Source: an uncultured Gemmata sp. | Lineage (GTDB): Bacteria > Planctomycetota > Planctomycetia > Gemmatales > Gemmataceae | Assembly (NCBI GenBank): GCA_937924775.1 | Contig: CALDUT010000013.1 | Location: 22,073 to 86,072 of the forward strand | Reading direction: 5' to 3' | Length of the DNA: 64,000 bases | Shown here: positions 25,343 to 35,300 of the stretch, piece after piece | How the letters are laid out: every line of letters starts with the position of its first letter | Numbering within the stretch: position 1 is the first letter of the stretch | Translations under genes and position numbers: made by a program | Notes under the pieces: generated by a model | What the model saw: only the letters and a program-made list of their open reading frames with translations | Databases searched by the model: none | Told to the model about the DNA's origin: nothing

Positions 25343-26878
25343 TCAGTGACCCGCATCGAGGCTTTGCAAACATACAAGCGGGCGAGGCGGAAAAACGGTG
25401 AGGCATTCGGCCAACGAAACCACCAGCACAAGCGGATGACCGGTGATCCGTTCGGCGTCCGCAACATATTCCGGCGGCATCACCACGGTGTGCCTGCCGG
25501 GTGCAGCCAACCGTTCCTTCAACTCCCCCCATTCGACCAGCGTATGAACCGGCATCCCCAGATGGTAGGTCAGCAGGTGGGACTCGGTGCGGAAAAGCAA
25601 AATCGGCTCCGGCGAGGGGGCGAGCTGGCGTATGGCAGCGGCGAAACGCTGTTTCTCGTGCCGCGCGGCCTGTCGCGGTTCTATCACCCGCCACATGATC
25701 GGCCAAACAGCGACTCCGACGGCCACCAAGGTGATCCCGAGTCGAGTGGACCACTGTATTGCACAGAGAGATTCTCGTGAATGCAACCATCGCTCCACTG
25801 TGCAGCCCAACACGATCGCTGCACCGGGAAACGCCGGGAGCAGGTAGTCCGCCCGCTTGAACTTCGCGGCAGATAGCACGGCCACCATCCCCACCAGCCA
25901 GATCAGACCGAAGCGGAAGACGCGATCCTGGGGCCAAACGCGGTTCCGCCAGGCCCACACCAGTAACGGCACCAACGGAACCGACCACGGTAATAGCGCC
26001 CAGGCCAGCCGCGGACCGTAATACCACCATGGATGAGATGCCAACGCTTCCGATTCCCCGGTGAAACGGGCCACATTGTGATACCAGATGAATACGCGGA
26101 CCAATTCGCCTCCGGTGGCGTGGTTCGCCCATAGAAACCACGGCAACGCCACCAGCCCCACCACGGCCCCCCCCACGAGCAGTCCCCCCCCAGGGGGCCA
26201 CCGCCGCTCCACGCCATAGAACACCGCGACAACTGCCCCGATCAACGCCAACGCTACCGGGCCTTTCAGCAGCACCGCCCAACTCGCGGCCAGCGCCGCC
26301 ACGATCCAGCCGAGTATTCGTAGAGCCCGACGCCCGCCGCGGTTGTCCGTCGAAATTCGGCTTTCTGTGGTGAAAAAGGCTATCAGCGAAAGCGCGATGG
26401 CCCCCGTCAGGGGTACGTCGATGCGGGCCGTGCGGCCGATCGCCACAAAGTGATTGGCGGTGGCTAAAGCCGCCGCGGCCCAGAATGCCCCGCTCTGGTA
26501 ACCGGCCCACCGTAGAAACCCATACACCAGCCCCACGGTCGCCAAGGCACTCGCTGCCGCTGGGAAACGAGCCACCCACGGTGAAACTTCCCCACCGTGG
26601 AGCCATCCCACCACCGCGACCATCCAATAGTAACCCGGCGGCTTCTGGAGATCGGTTTGGCCATCGTAGAGTGTGGGCAGGCCCCATGCACCGGTATCGA
26701 GCATGCGTTGGGCATTCTGCGCCGCCCGGGCCTCGTGACTGCTGACCAGATCGCGGGCCCCGAGTTGAAAGAAGAACAGCAGCCCCACACCACCCCAGCC
26801 GAGCGCCGGCCACCAGCGCCAAAACCCGCCGGCCATCACCACCGGGGTCCGAGCTGAGGGGAAGTATTCGGCACTCAT
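25343..26878 (-). CDS. ArnT/PMT-family (GT39/GT83) polytopic membrane glycosyltransferase
   Basis: Start ATG 26878 overlaps the ABC gene stop. SSHEARAA...LQKPPGYYW, ARFPAA, RTARIDVPL, LLKGPV, SHPWWYY, KFKRADYLLPAFP. Confidence 0.85.
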   Translation of the reverse strand: MSAEYFPSARTPVVMAGGFWRWWPALGWGGVGLLFFFQLGARDLVSSHEARAAQNAQRMLDTGAWGLPTLYDGQTDLQKPPGYYWMVAVVGWLHGGEVSPWVARFPAAASALATVGLVYGFLRWAGYQSGAFWAAAALATANHFVAIGRTARIDVPLTGAIALSLIAFFTTESRISTDNRGGRRALRILGWIVAALAASWAVLLKGPVALALIGAVVAVFYGVERRWPPGGGLLVGGAVVGLVALPWFLWANHATGGELVRVFIWYHNVARFTGESEALASHPWWYYGPRLAWALLPWSVPLVPLLVWAWRNRVWPQDRVFRFGLIWLVGMVAVLSAAKFKRADYLLPAFPGAAIVLGCTVERWLHSRESLCAIQWSTRLGITLVAVGVAVWPIMWRVIEPRQAARHEKQRFAAAIRQLAPSPEPILLFRTESHLLTYHLGMPVHTLVEWGELKERLAAPGRHTVVMPPEYVADAERITGHPLVLVVSLAECLTVFPPRPLVCLQSLDAGH

Positions 26879-28905
26879 GCGGCTTTCCATAATTGAGCCG
26901 ATTCGAACAAGCGGCGGTAAGCCTCACAGCGGGCCATCAATTCGCTATGGGTACCGACATCGAGCACCTTGCCCGCCTCCATCATGACCACGCGGTCGGC
27001 CAGTTCTGGCACCGTGTGGAGTTTGTGGGTGATGAGGAATGTCGTTCGACCTTTGACGAATTCTTTGAGCGTCTCATGAATATCGGATTCGCTTTGGGCG
27101 TCGATGGCACTGGTGAATTCGTCGAGGATGAGAATTTGCGGATCGCGGAGGATGGCGCGGGCTAGCGCGATTTTTTGCCGCTCGCCGCCAGAGAAGTTGG
27201 CCCCGGCGACGCCCACCCGTTCGTCATAACCGTGTTCTTTCTTTTCGATGAAGCCATGAGCGCGGGCTTTTTTGGCTGCTTCGATCACTTCCTCGCGTGT
27301 CGCTCCTGGTTTGCCATAGGCGATATTCGCGAACACGGTATCGTCGAACAGTTGAGTATCTTGGGTCACAAGACCAATAAGTTTCCGCAACGATCGCAGA
27401 TGGGCGGTACGGAGATTGACGCCATCGATGAGGACCGCGCCGGAGTCGGGGTCGAAGAAACGCGGCAGAAGTGCCAGCAGTGTCGTTTTCCCACACCCGT
27501 TGCTGCCGACGACGGCAATCGTTTCCCCGGCCTGAACGGTAAACGAGACGTTGTCGAGCGTTGGTTCTTCCGCGGTGGGGTTGTACGAAAAGCAGACATG
27601 CCGAAAATCGATGCGTTTGCTCACCCCGGTCAGGCGGGGGCCGTCCGGGTTGCCGTGGATGGTCGGTTCGCGGTCGTACACTTCGAAGATGCGGGCCGAG
27701 GCGGCTTCTGCCGATTGCAGCTTGGCATATACGCTGGACAGTTTCCGGACCGGATCGGCAATCGCGGCCAAAAACACATAGAACTGCAAAAGCGTTTCAA
27801 AACTCAACGGTTGCGCACACATGCGGAAGATGCCAATGTGTGTGGAGCCGGTCACTACCAGATATACCCCAGCCGACAACGCCACCGCCACCGCGAGAAT
27901 CACCAGCACTTCGATCGCCGGGTTGGTGAAGGCATCGAGATTCACCAAACGCATGGCTTTGCGGTAGAATTCTCGGTTGGCGGCCCGGAAGCGGCGGCGC
28001 TCATGCGCCTCGCGGGTGAATCCTTTGACCACGCGTAAGCCATCGAGAGTTTCCCGGAGAATTTTGTACATGGCCGACATCCGTTCCAGCACACGCCGGG
28101 CGGCCTTGCGCATCGCCTTGCTCACCTTCGTCAGCACATACAGCGCCAGAGGGACGATCACCACAAAGACCACGGTCAATTGCCAGCTGATCAGGCACGC
28201 GGCCACAAAACACGCGACAGCTTTCAGCGGTTCGGCAATCACCCGGCCGTAGAGAACCTTCAGCCCCTGCCCCACCTGTTCGGTATCGGTGGTGAAGCGG
28301 GACATCAGGTCGCTGGTTCCCACCTGCTGCGTTTGCCGCACATCCTGACGGACAACCTGCCGGAAAAACGCATTCCGCAAATCGAAAAGCGTGCGATTGG
28401 TGACCCGACCGACCAGGGATTCATGAAAAAATTCAAAAATACCCTTGATAATGACACACACCAACACTGCCGCCATGATCCAGACGAACGTTTCGAAAAG
28501 GTCCGTTGGCAGATGGCGGATGATCTTCGCACGCAGCCATTGATAGCGGTAATCCCAATCGGCGTGGTAGTTGAGCTCGTCGGTATTAATGGCCAGGCTG
28601 GCGGTATAACCCCGTTGGAGCTTTTCCCGTTCCGGCGTCATGGGTTGCCGATCGAGGTCTTGGAGGGCCAAATTGAGCTTCTCAACCTCGCATTTGCGCT
28701 TATCGCGTTCGTCCTGATGTTTGGCGATTTCTTCATCCACCCACTGTTGCAAGTTTTTTTTCGTGCTGAGAATCTTCAACACCGGGAAAATGGCCGATAG
28801 GTTGACGCTCCAGAGAATGGCCACGATGAGCGCACACACTACCGACGCCACAAACTGCCGCCGATAGGGCCACGAAAACCCAATACTCCGCCGGAAATTC
28901 CGCAT
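26875..28905 (-). CDS. MsbA-like ABC exporter (fused TMD-NBD)
   Basis: Start moved to ATG 28905. Six-TM region, Walker A GSNGCGKT, signature FSGGERQK, Walker B ILILDE, H-loop THKL. Confidence 0.85.
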   Translation of the reverse strand: MRNFRRSIGFSWPYRRQFVASVVCALIVAILWSVNLSAIFPVLKILSTKKNLQQWVDEEIAKHQDERDKRKCEVEKLNLALQDLDRQPMTPEREKLQRGYTASLAINTDELNYHADWDYRYQWLRAKIIRHLPTDLFETFVWIMAAVLVCVIIKGIFEFFHESLVGRVTNRTLFDLRNAFFRQVVRQDVRQTQQVGTSDLMSRFTTDTEQVGQGLKVLYGRVIAEPLKAVACFVAACLISWQLTVVFVVIVPLALYVLTKVSKAMRKAARRVLERMSAMYKILRETLDGLRVVKGFTREAHERRRFRAANREFYRKAMRLVNLDAFTNPAIEVLVILAVAVALSAGVYLVVTGSTHIGIFRMCAQPLSFETLLQFYVFLAAIADPVRKLSSVYAKLQSAEAASARIFEVYDREPTIHGNPDGPRLTGVSKRIDFRHVCFSYNPTAEEPTLDNVSFTVQAGETIAVVGSNGCGKTTLLALLPRFFDPDSGAVLIDGVNLRTAHLRSLRKLIGLVTQDTQLFDDTVFANIAYGKPGATREEVIEAAKKARAHGFIEKKEHGYDERVGVAGANFSGGERQKIALARAILRDPQILILDEFTSAIDAQSESDIHETLKEFVKGRTTFLITHKLHTVPELADRVVMMEAGKVLDVGTHSELMARCEAYRRLFESAQLWKAA

Positions 28906-29079
28906 GGCGTTGCCACACTCGGGTTGGTTCGTCGCATCCTGCCGCGTCGCCGGCGCAGGGTTATAACGGCTGGCGACAAACGGAACAAGCCATCTTGCCG
29001 GGCCCCCCGCGACCCAGGAACGACGCCCCGTTTTCTCCGGTTGCACAAAACACCAGTGACTGGACCGAGGAATCTGCTG

Positions 29080-30102
29080 TTGGAACCCGCTGTTGACGAT
29101 CGTTTGTGTGCCTGGTTGGAACTGCCGCCTGGAACGTGGCCGCCGGACCATTACACCCTTTTGGGCTTACCCCCGGGCTATGGCGATGTCGCCGCCATCG
29201 AAGAGCGGGTGATGGAACGTATGGAGCGGTTACGCCCGCATCAGTTGAAGCATCCGGAACTGGTGACCGAGGGCATGAACCGTTTGGCCCAAGCGTTGGT
29301 GTGCCTGACCGACCGCGACGCCCGCGCCGCGTACGACCGCACCTTGAAACTCTCCGCCCCTGTCGCGGAAGGGGGGGAAGAAGAAGCCGATGTTGTTGTC
29401 GCTGAAGAAGTTGCGGAAAAAATGGTATCAGAGCAAGCCGCGATTCCGGTCATACCGGGCGGGGAAGAACCGACCGGCGGTCGATTTTCCTCCGAGCCAG
29501 CCGCGGCGACTGTCGATTTCCCCACGTTCGGCGGCGAATCGGTGCCCCCTGCGGATCCTTCGGCCCGTGAGTGGGCGGAAGCGACGCAAACTCCGAGAAA
29601 TATTGCAGTTAGGACGGTTAGCCAACGCGTGATCTACCGCCGTCTGGCGACGCTGCGCCGAGCGTTGCGGGCCTGGGAAGCCCTGCGGCCCTTTCTGGGA
29701 ACGCCGGGCGAAACGCTGGTCACCCCCTTGGCAGTACTGACCTTCCTTCGCGCCTGGCGGCTGGCCCAAGAAGCCCTGCCCGGGGTCGCCCGACTGATCC
29801 GCGAACCCCATCGGCCAGGCAGCGTTGTCGCCGCGATCGTCCGTTCACCGCACCCGATCCATCTGGTTCGATGGCTGCTTCCTTCGCAACGGCAACTGGT
29901 CGCCCGGGATTGGCAACGCGGTTACGATGAACTCCAGCGAGCCTATGCCCGCTGGCGGGAAATGGCCATCGCCGGTCGCTCGCGCCATCCCGCCAACGAT
30001 TTGCTTCCTCTACTGCGGTTTCTCCGGCAAAGCCCCGAATGGCTGCTGGTCGGGGCCCTGCTCGTAGCCCTGGCGCTGGCACTGTTGCGGAATCCCCTGT
30101 GA
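29080..30102 (+). CDS. Protein with an N-terminal J-like domain (no HPD) and a C-terminal membrane anchor
   Basis: Probable TTG start after GAGGA. PPDHYTLLGL...RLAQALVCLTDRDARAAYD aligns to J-domain helices. C-terminal WLLVGALLVALALALL. Confidence 0.55.
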   Translation: MEPAVDDRLCAWLELPPGTWPPDHYTLLGLPPGYGDVAAIEERVMERMERLRPHQLKHPELVTEGMNRLAQALVCLTDRDARAAYDRTLKLSAPVAEGGEEEADVVVAEEVAEKMVSEQAAIPVIPGGEEPTGGRFSSEPAAATVDFPTFGGESVPPADPSAREWAEATQTPRNIAVRTVSQRVIYRRLATLRRALRAWEALRPFLGTPGETLVTPLAVLTFLRAWRLAQEALPGVARLIREPHRPGSVVAAIVRSPHPIHLVRWLLPSQRQLVARDWQRGYDELQRAYARWREMAIAGRSRHPANDLLPLLRFLRQSPEWLLVGALLVALALALLRNPL

Positions 30103-30270
30103 GCCGCGTTGGAAGCCCGGTGGCGGAGTTCTCCCGGATCACCGCCGGGGGGCTCCGGCGCAACTCTTCGCTGGGTATTTCCTTGACGTGAGTCTGTGCC
30201 GTGCCTAGACTTAGGCGCATCAGCACTCGCATGGCGATACTGAGTCCAACCCCGCCGAGGGACCACTCTC

Positions 30271-30756
30271 GTGACTAAAAAAGAGATCGTCAAAACCATC
30301 TGCGAGCGGGCCAACAAAAGTAAGCTCATGAAGGGCAACCTGACGCAATTGGCCACCAAAGAGATCGTCCAGTGGACGTTCGAGGCGATCATTGACACAC
30401 TGGTGGAAGAAGGGCGTATTGAGCTGCGCAATTTTGGAGTCTTTGAGGTTAAGCAGCGTAAACCGCGGAAAGCCCGCAATCCGAAAACCGGCGACCCGGT
30501 GAGCGTGGAAGCCAAAAACGTCGTGACTTTCCAACCGGGCAAGGAAATGGAAGAGCGAGTCCGCAATTGCACCCATCTGCCGGAACGCAAAACCAAAAGC
30601 CGCAAGAACCGCACCGGCAAGACCGAGGAAAAACCCGCGGAACTGCCTCTCTCCCGCAGCAATCATAACCTGGCCACCGAGGCCTTGATCGAACCCTCGG
30701 CCAACCAACATGCGGAGAAAACCACGCCGGAGCCGGTCACCTCCGACGCGTCATGA
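30271..30756 (+). CDS. HU/IHF family DNA-binding protein with a basic C-terminal extension
   Basis: [10 protein letters not shown]...[27 protein letters not shown]...VVTFQPGK. Confidence 0.95.
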   Translation: MTKKEIVKTICERANKSKLMKGNLTQLATKEIVQWTFEAIIDTLVEEGRIELRNFGVFEVKQRKPRKARNPKTGDPVSVEAKNVVTFQPGKEMEERVRNCTHLPERKTKSRKNRTGKTEEKPAELPLSRSNHNLATEALIEPSANQHAEKTTPEPVTSDAS

Positions 30757-30823
30757 CCCCCAGACGGTTTCCCATGACCACCGGATCGTCGGGTCGATGC
30801 CTCCGGTCGAGCTTTCATTCAAG

Positions 30824-30854
30824 ATGATGATAGATAGATAATGATGATAGATAG
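30824..30854 (+). repeat. Short AT-rich direct repeat downstream of the HU/IHF gene
   Basis: ATGATGATAGATAG at 30824-30837 and 30841-30854 (17-bp period). Confidence 0.8.
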
Positions 30855-31213
30855 CCTCGGCCGAACGGCCGATTTGGGATTTTCGGAACGCGTTTTGGCC
30901 GCCCTCTCTGAACGTCGCGGTCACTCCCACCGGGGGTGGGTCCTACCAAAAGCCGCGTGCGCAGTGTCTCCGCTTTCGCTCGGATCATAACCTCATCCGG
31001 ACTACGGAAAAGTTCAGCCGGAGCATACGGATTTTAAGTACTTGTCCAGCAGAAGTTTACGTCGCTTTTCAAGCTGTTTTGCTCATCTACATCGCTGTGC
31101 TAAGCGGGGGGCATCCCCACGGCCGGACAAGGCCCGATAGGCCACGCCAAAGAGGGATGCGTCGTGCCCCCGGGGCTCGGCTGGCGTGGGGGTGGCGGGG
31201 ACAGGTGGGGCTG

Positions 31214-32248
31214 TTACTTTTGGTAGATCGGCAGGTAGTGTGTCGGTACGCTGAGAATCAATACCGCGATGGCCGTTTGATAAGCGGGTCCGTAAGCGGC
31301 TTCGCGGCGGCTGTCGTACCATTCGCCCGTGGGTCGCTGATACCCGGGGGCTAGCAGGGTGTCGCGCATGCGTTTGTAGTAGTCTTCCCACACTTTGCCA
31401 CCGACCTGATTGAGGGCGTGGGCCGCGTAGTAGTGCCCGTACCAGTAGTGGGCGCGGTCGTCGCGGACGCGTTCCATGAATTCGACAGCACTTTTGATTT
31501 CATCGGCGTCATATTTTCCGCACAATTGTAACACGCACACGCCCGCGGCCGTGCGGGCATAGCCGGCTCCAGCGGAATACGGCTGGTAGCGGTAGCCCCC
31601 GGTGCGGCGATCGTAGCAGCGGTTGACGTACTTGATGGCGTCGTCCATGACCTTGTCGGGAACATGAATCCCGGCGTCTTTGGCACCGCGCAGAGCCATC
31701 ACTTGCATGATGGTCACGGAAATATCCGCCCCCGTGGGGGAGGGGTCGTAGCGCCATCCGCCTTCGTGATTCTGGGTTTTGATGATAAGGTCGATCGCCC
31801 GTTTGGTGACTTTCTTCACATCTTCATCGCCCGTCATGCCGTAGGCTTGGGTCAGGGCCAAAGTCGCCATGCCATGGCAGTACATGTTGCCGCCGCGGGA
31901 GCCGACCAGGTAGCCATCTTCCCGGGCTGCCGAACACAGATAGCGTACCCCTTTAGCGACATGTTTGCCGTAGTCGCCTTGGTTGGGAAGGTGGCCATTG
32001 GCCATGAAGGCCAGCAAGACGAAGCCGGTGATCGCGGTGTTGCCCCATGAACCGTCAGTCTCTTGGCGACCGGCGAGGTATTTGAGGGCCTTGTCGATCG
32101 CTTTTTTGGTTTCGTCGTCGATTTTGACGTTGTCTTTGGGGACTTCCCCGAGGGGTTTCTCGTCGGTTTTGGGAGGTTGTGGGGCTGCGGGGGTCGCCAT
32201 GACCGTCAGCCAGGCGATGATGAGAGCGATCGTGAAGAACCGGCGCAT
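31214..32248 (-). CDS. Exported prenyltransferase/squalene-oxidase-repeat (alpha/alpha toroid) protein
   Basis: Signal peptide from ATG 32248. Repeats ALKYLAGRQETDGSW, QNHEGGWRY, ADISVT; HYWYGHYYAA. Confidence 0.8.
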   Translation of the reverse strand: MRRFFTIALIIAWLTVMATPAAPQPPKTDEKPLGEVPKDNVKIDDETKKAIDKALKYLAGRQETDGSWGNTAITGFVLLAFMANGHLPNQGDYGKHVAKGVRYLCSAAREDGYLVGSRGGNMYCHGMATLALTQAYGMTGDEDVKKVTKRAIDLIIKTQNHEGGWRYDPSPTGADISVTIMQVMALRGAKDAGIHVPDKVMDDAIKYVNRCYDRRTGGYRYQPYSAGAGYARTAAGVCVLQLCGKYDADEIKSAVEFMERVRDDRAHYWYGHYYAAHALNQVGGKVWEDYYKRMRDTLLAPGYQRPTGEWYDSRREAAYGPAYQTAIAVLILSVPTHYLPIYQK

Positions 32249-32359
32249 AACAGATTCCTCGAAGAAACTCACCGAGGCGTTGATAGCAACGAGGCCGGTG
32301 AAGCCCGGTGGGGCGGTTCACCGGCCTGGGGAGAGCGGTGAGCGATCCTGCAGGGCCTC

Positions 32360-35300
32360 TCATTTGCCGGGAGCCGGCGGCGTGGGAGCCGGTTTCCCGT
32401 TCTTGATGTTGATATTGTACTGCTTGATCAGTTCGCGGAATTCCGCGGGGAACTGACTATCGGTGGCTTGTTGGACTTTGTCCCGTTCTTTGCTGCGCAT
32501 CTTGATGAAGCTACCATCGCCGTTGGTGTCGTTGCCCGTAGAGCCGACGTTCTTGAGCTTCTCACCACCGGCCATGTCCCCTTCACCCATGCCCATATTC
32601 ATTCCTTGCTGAGCATTGCTGCCCATGCCTTGAGCCATGCCCATGCCCTGGCCCATGCCTTGAGCCATGCCCATGCCCATGCCCATGCCTTGAGCCATGC
32701 CCATGCCCTGGCCCATGCCTTGAGCCATGCCCATGCCCTGGCCCATTGGGCCCATCATGCCCATACCCATCATGCCGGCTTGTTGGGCTTGGGCCATGGC
32801 TGCTTGGTTGAGGGCATCGAGGGCTTGTTGAAGGTTTTGCGCGGCTTGTTGCTGGTTCATACCAGCTTGGCCGGGTTGGCCCTGTTGCAGTTGGTTACCA
32901 GCTTGTTGGAGCTGGTTACCGGCTTGTTGCAGTTGGTTTTGCACCGCCATCGGGGCGTTGGCTTGGGCCTGTTGCAACGCGGCTTGGGCGGCGTTGTTGG
33001 CCTGCTGCGACTGCTGCAGCGCTTTGGTCGCGTCGAGGATTTGTTGTTGCTGTTGGGCCAGGTCGTTGGGAGTGCCCATCATGCCACCCATGCCTGGTGT
33101 CATGCCTTTCTCACCCATCATCTCGCCCATGGGCTGTTGCATGCCCATACCCGGCGGCATGCCTTTTTCGCCTGGAGGGGGGGGGGTCATGCCTTTCTCA
33201 CCCATCGGTGGCGTTCCTTTTTCGCCCATGGGAGCTTGTGGCATGCCCGATTCACCCATGGGGGCCATCCTCTTTTCGCCCATCGGTCCGGGGTTCATCG
33301 CTGCCCGTTTCAGTTCTTCGAGAGCTTTTTGTTGGTTCTCGATGGCTTGTGGGAGGTCGCCCTTTTTGAGGGCTTCTGCGGCTTGATCAGCGGCTTTGGC
33401 TGCTTCGGGGAGTTGCTGTTGGGCGGCCTGTTGGGCGAGGTCTTTTTGCAGTTGAGCCAGATCGGGCATGCCCATGAGCGGCATACCGTCGGTGGGCATC
33501 GGATTGAGGGCCTTTTCGGCCATCTGGGCTTGCTGCGCGGCCTGTTGGGCTTGTTCGAGGGCTTTTTGCAGTTGTTGCGCGGCTTGTTGCGGATCGATTT
33601 TGTTGGGTTGAAGTGCGGCCTGATCGGCGGCTTCTTGACCCTTCATTTGGTCGATTTGTTTTTGAATATCCTTGGCCGCTTCGTTGAGCTGGGCGGCGGC
33701 CTCTTTGGCCTTGTCCGCACCGGCCATGGGCATGTTCATGCTGAGGTCGTTTTGGGCGGCTTCTTGTTTCTTGGCGGCCTCACCGACTTTTTGCGCGGCT
33801 TGCGGAGCGAGCTTTTCGAGCTGCTGGCCCACGTCTTTGGTCGGTTCTAGGAGATTGGCTTGTTTTTGGCCGAGTTCGGTGGTGTCGGGTTTGCGGGGGT
33901 CGGCCGCGGCTTGATCGGCGGCTTTGGCGATGTTTTGTTCGTTTTTGGTGAGTTCTTCGAGTTTGCCTTTGAGGTCTTCCAGTTGGGCGAGTTGTTGGCG
34001 GCGCTGTTCAATGGCTTGGGCTTGTTTTTCAAGTTCGTCGCGGGCGCGTTGCAGTTCGTTCAACGCGGCCTGTTGGTCGGGTTTGGCGGCGTTGGGTTGT
34101 TTGTTATCGAGTTTTTCCGCGGCTTGTTTTTGGGCCTCCAACGCTTTGTCGAGGGCTTGTTGGGCTTGGTTATTGGGGGGCAGCGGGGTGTTGCGGAGTT
34201 CGTCGGTTTTGCGGGCGACGTCTTTTTGGGCGTTGGCCGCGTCGGGGAGGCGGTCGGGGCGTTCCGCGGCTTTTTCAGTGCGGGCGTTGGCGTCTTTTTG
34301 ATCTTTGATGATGCGGTCGAGTTGCTCGATGGCTTGTTTGGTGGCCGCGAGCGGGTCGTTTTTGGCCAGTTCCGCGGCGGCGATTTGCCGGTCGAGTTCG
34401 TCCTTGGCTTGTTGCAGGGCTTCGAGAGCGCGTTCTTGGGGTTCCCGCGCGGCGGCGATGTCTTTAGCCCGCAGGGCGTCTTCGGCTTTCCACTGTTGGG
34501 TTTCCGCCGGTTTGAGTTTCTCCGCGATTTCGGGGGCCGCGCGTTCGGTGGCGCGGCGGGCGTCGCGGGTGGCGAATTCGGCTTTGGCCTGTTGATTGGC
34601 CAATTCGTTGGCGCGGGCCGCTTTCGGGTCGATTCCCGGCGGGGCTTTGAAGTCCTGGGGTTCAGTCCGTTCGGCCGCGTTCTGATTGGCTTTCATTTGG
34701 GCGTCGATGGCTTTGACGACTTCCGCCTGGGCAGCTTTGAGGGCTTCGAGACGGTTGCCCGGCGGGGTACGCAAGGCCGCGGCCAAGTCTTTGAGTTCCT
34801 TGGCATGGCGGCGGAGTCGTTCGCTAGCATCGAGGAAGCGGCCTTGGCGGATCGTGGTGATGGTGGTGGCCATTTCGGCCATCAGGCGGGTGCCGCGGGT
34901 GAGGGCATCGGCCTTCTCGATGCGGGCCAGTTGTTCGGCGGTGAGCAGTTTTTCCGCGGCCAACCGTTGAATACCCTTGAAAATATGGACCACTTCGTTG
35001 CGCAGATCAGCTTGTTCGGTGGCGAGTTCTTCGCGATCGTCCACGCCGCGGCTGCGCAGGGAGTTGGTATGGGCTTCCGCGGTGAGCTGGATTTCTTTCT
35101 CCGCGGCACGTTCCAGCCGTTCGGCGGCTTCTTCGAGGCTCTTGATGACGTCGAGCTGGCCGAGCATCCCTTTGAGCTGTTGAACGATCTGCAAGTGCTT
35201 GGCGTAGGCCGCTTTCTGCTCCGCGGTGGCCGTTTGCGGGTCCGGGGCCAGAACGGCTTTTTCCAGGTGGTCGAGAACCGCTTGAATTTCCGTTTCGCTC

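Noticed and set aside
31214-32248. Squalene-hopene or oxidosqualene cyclase linked to hpnC
   Set aside because: Single-toroid size (about 344 aa) with a signal peptide and no DxDD/DCTAE motif.
33177-33186. G10 homopolymer as a phase-variation switch
   Set aside because: Encodes a poly-Pro stretch in frame; several G8/C8 runs occur elsewhere in Pro/Gly codons, so there is no specific evidence without read-level length variation.
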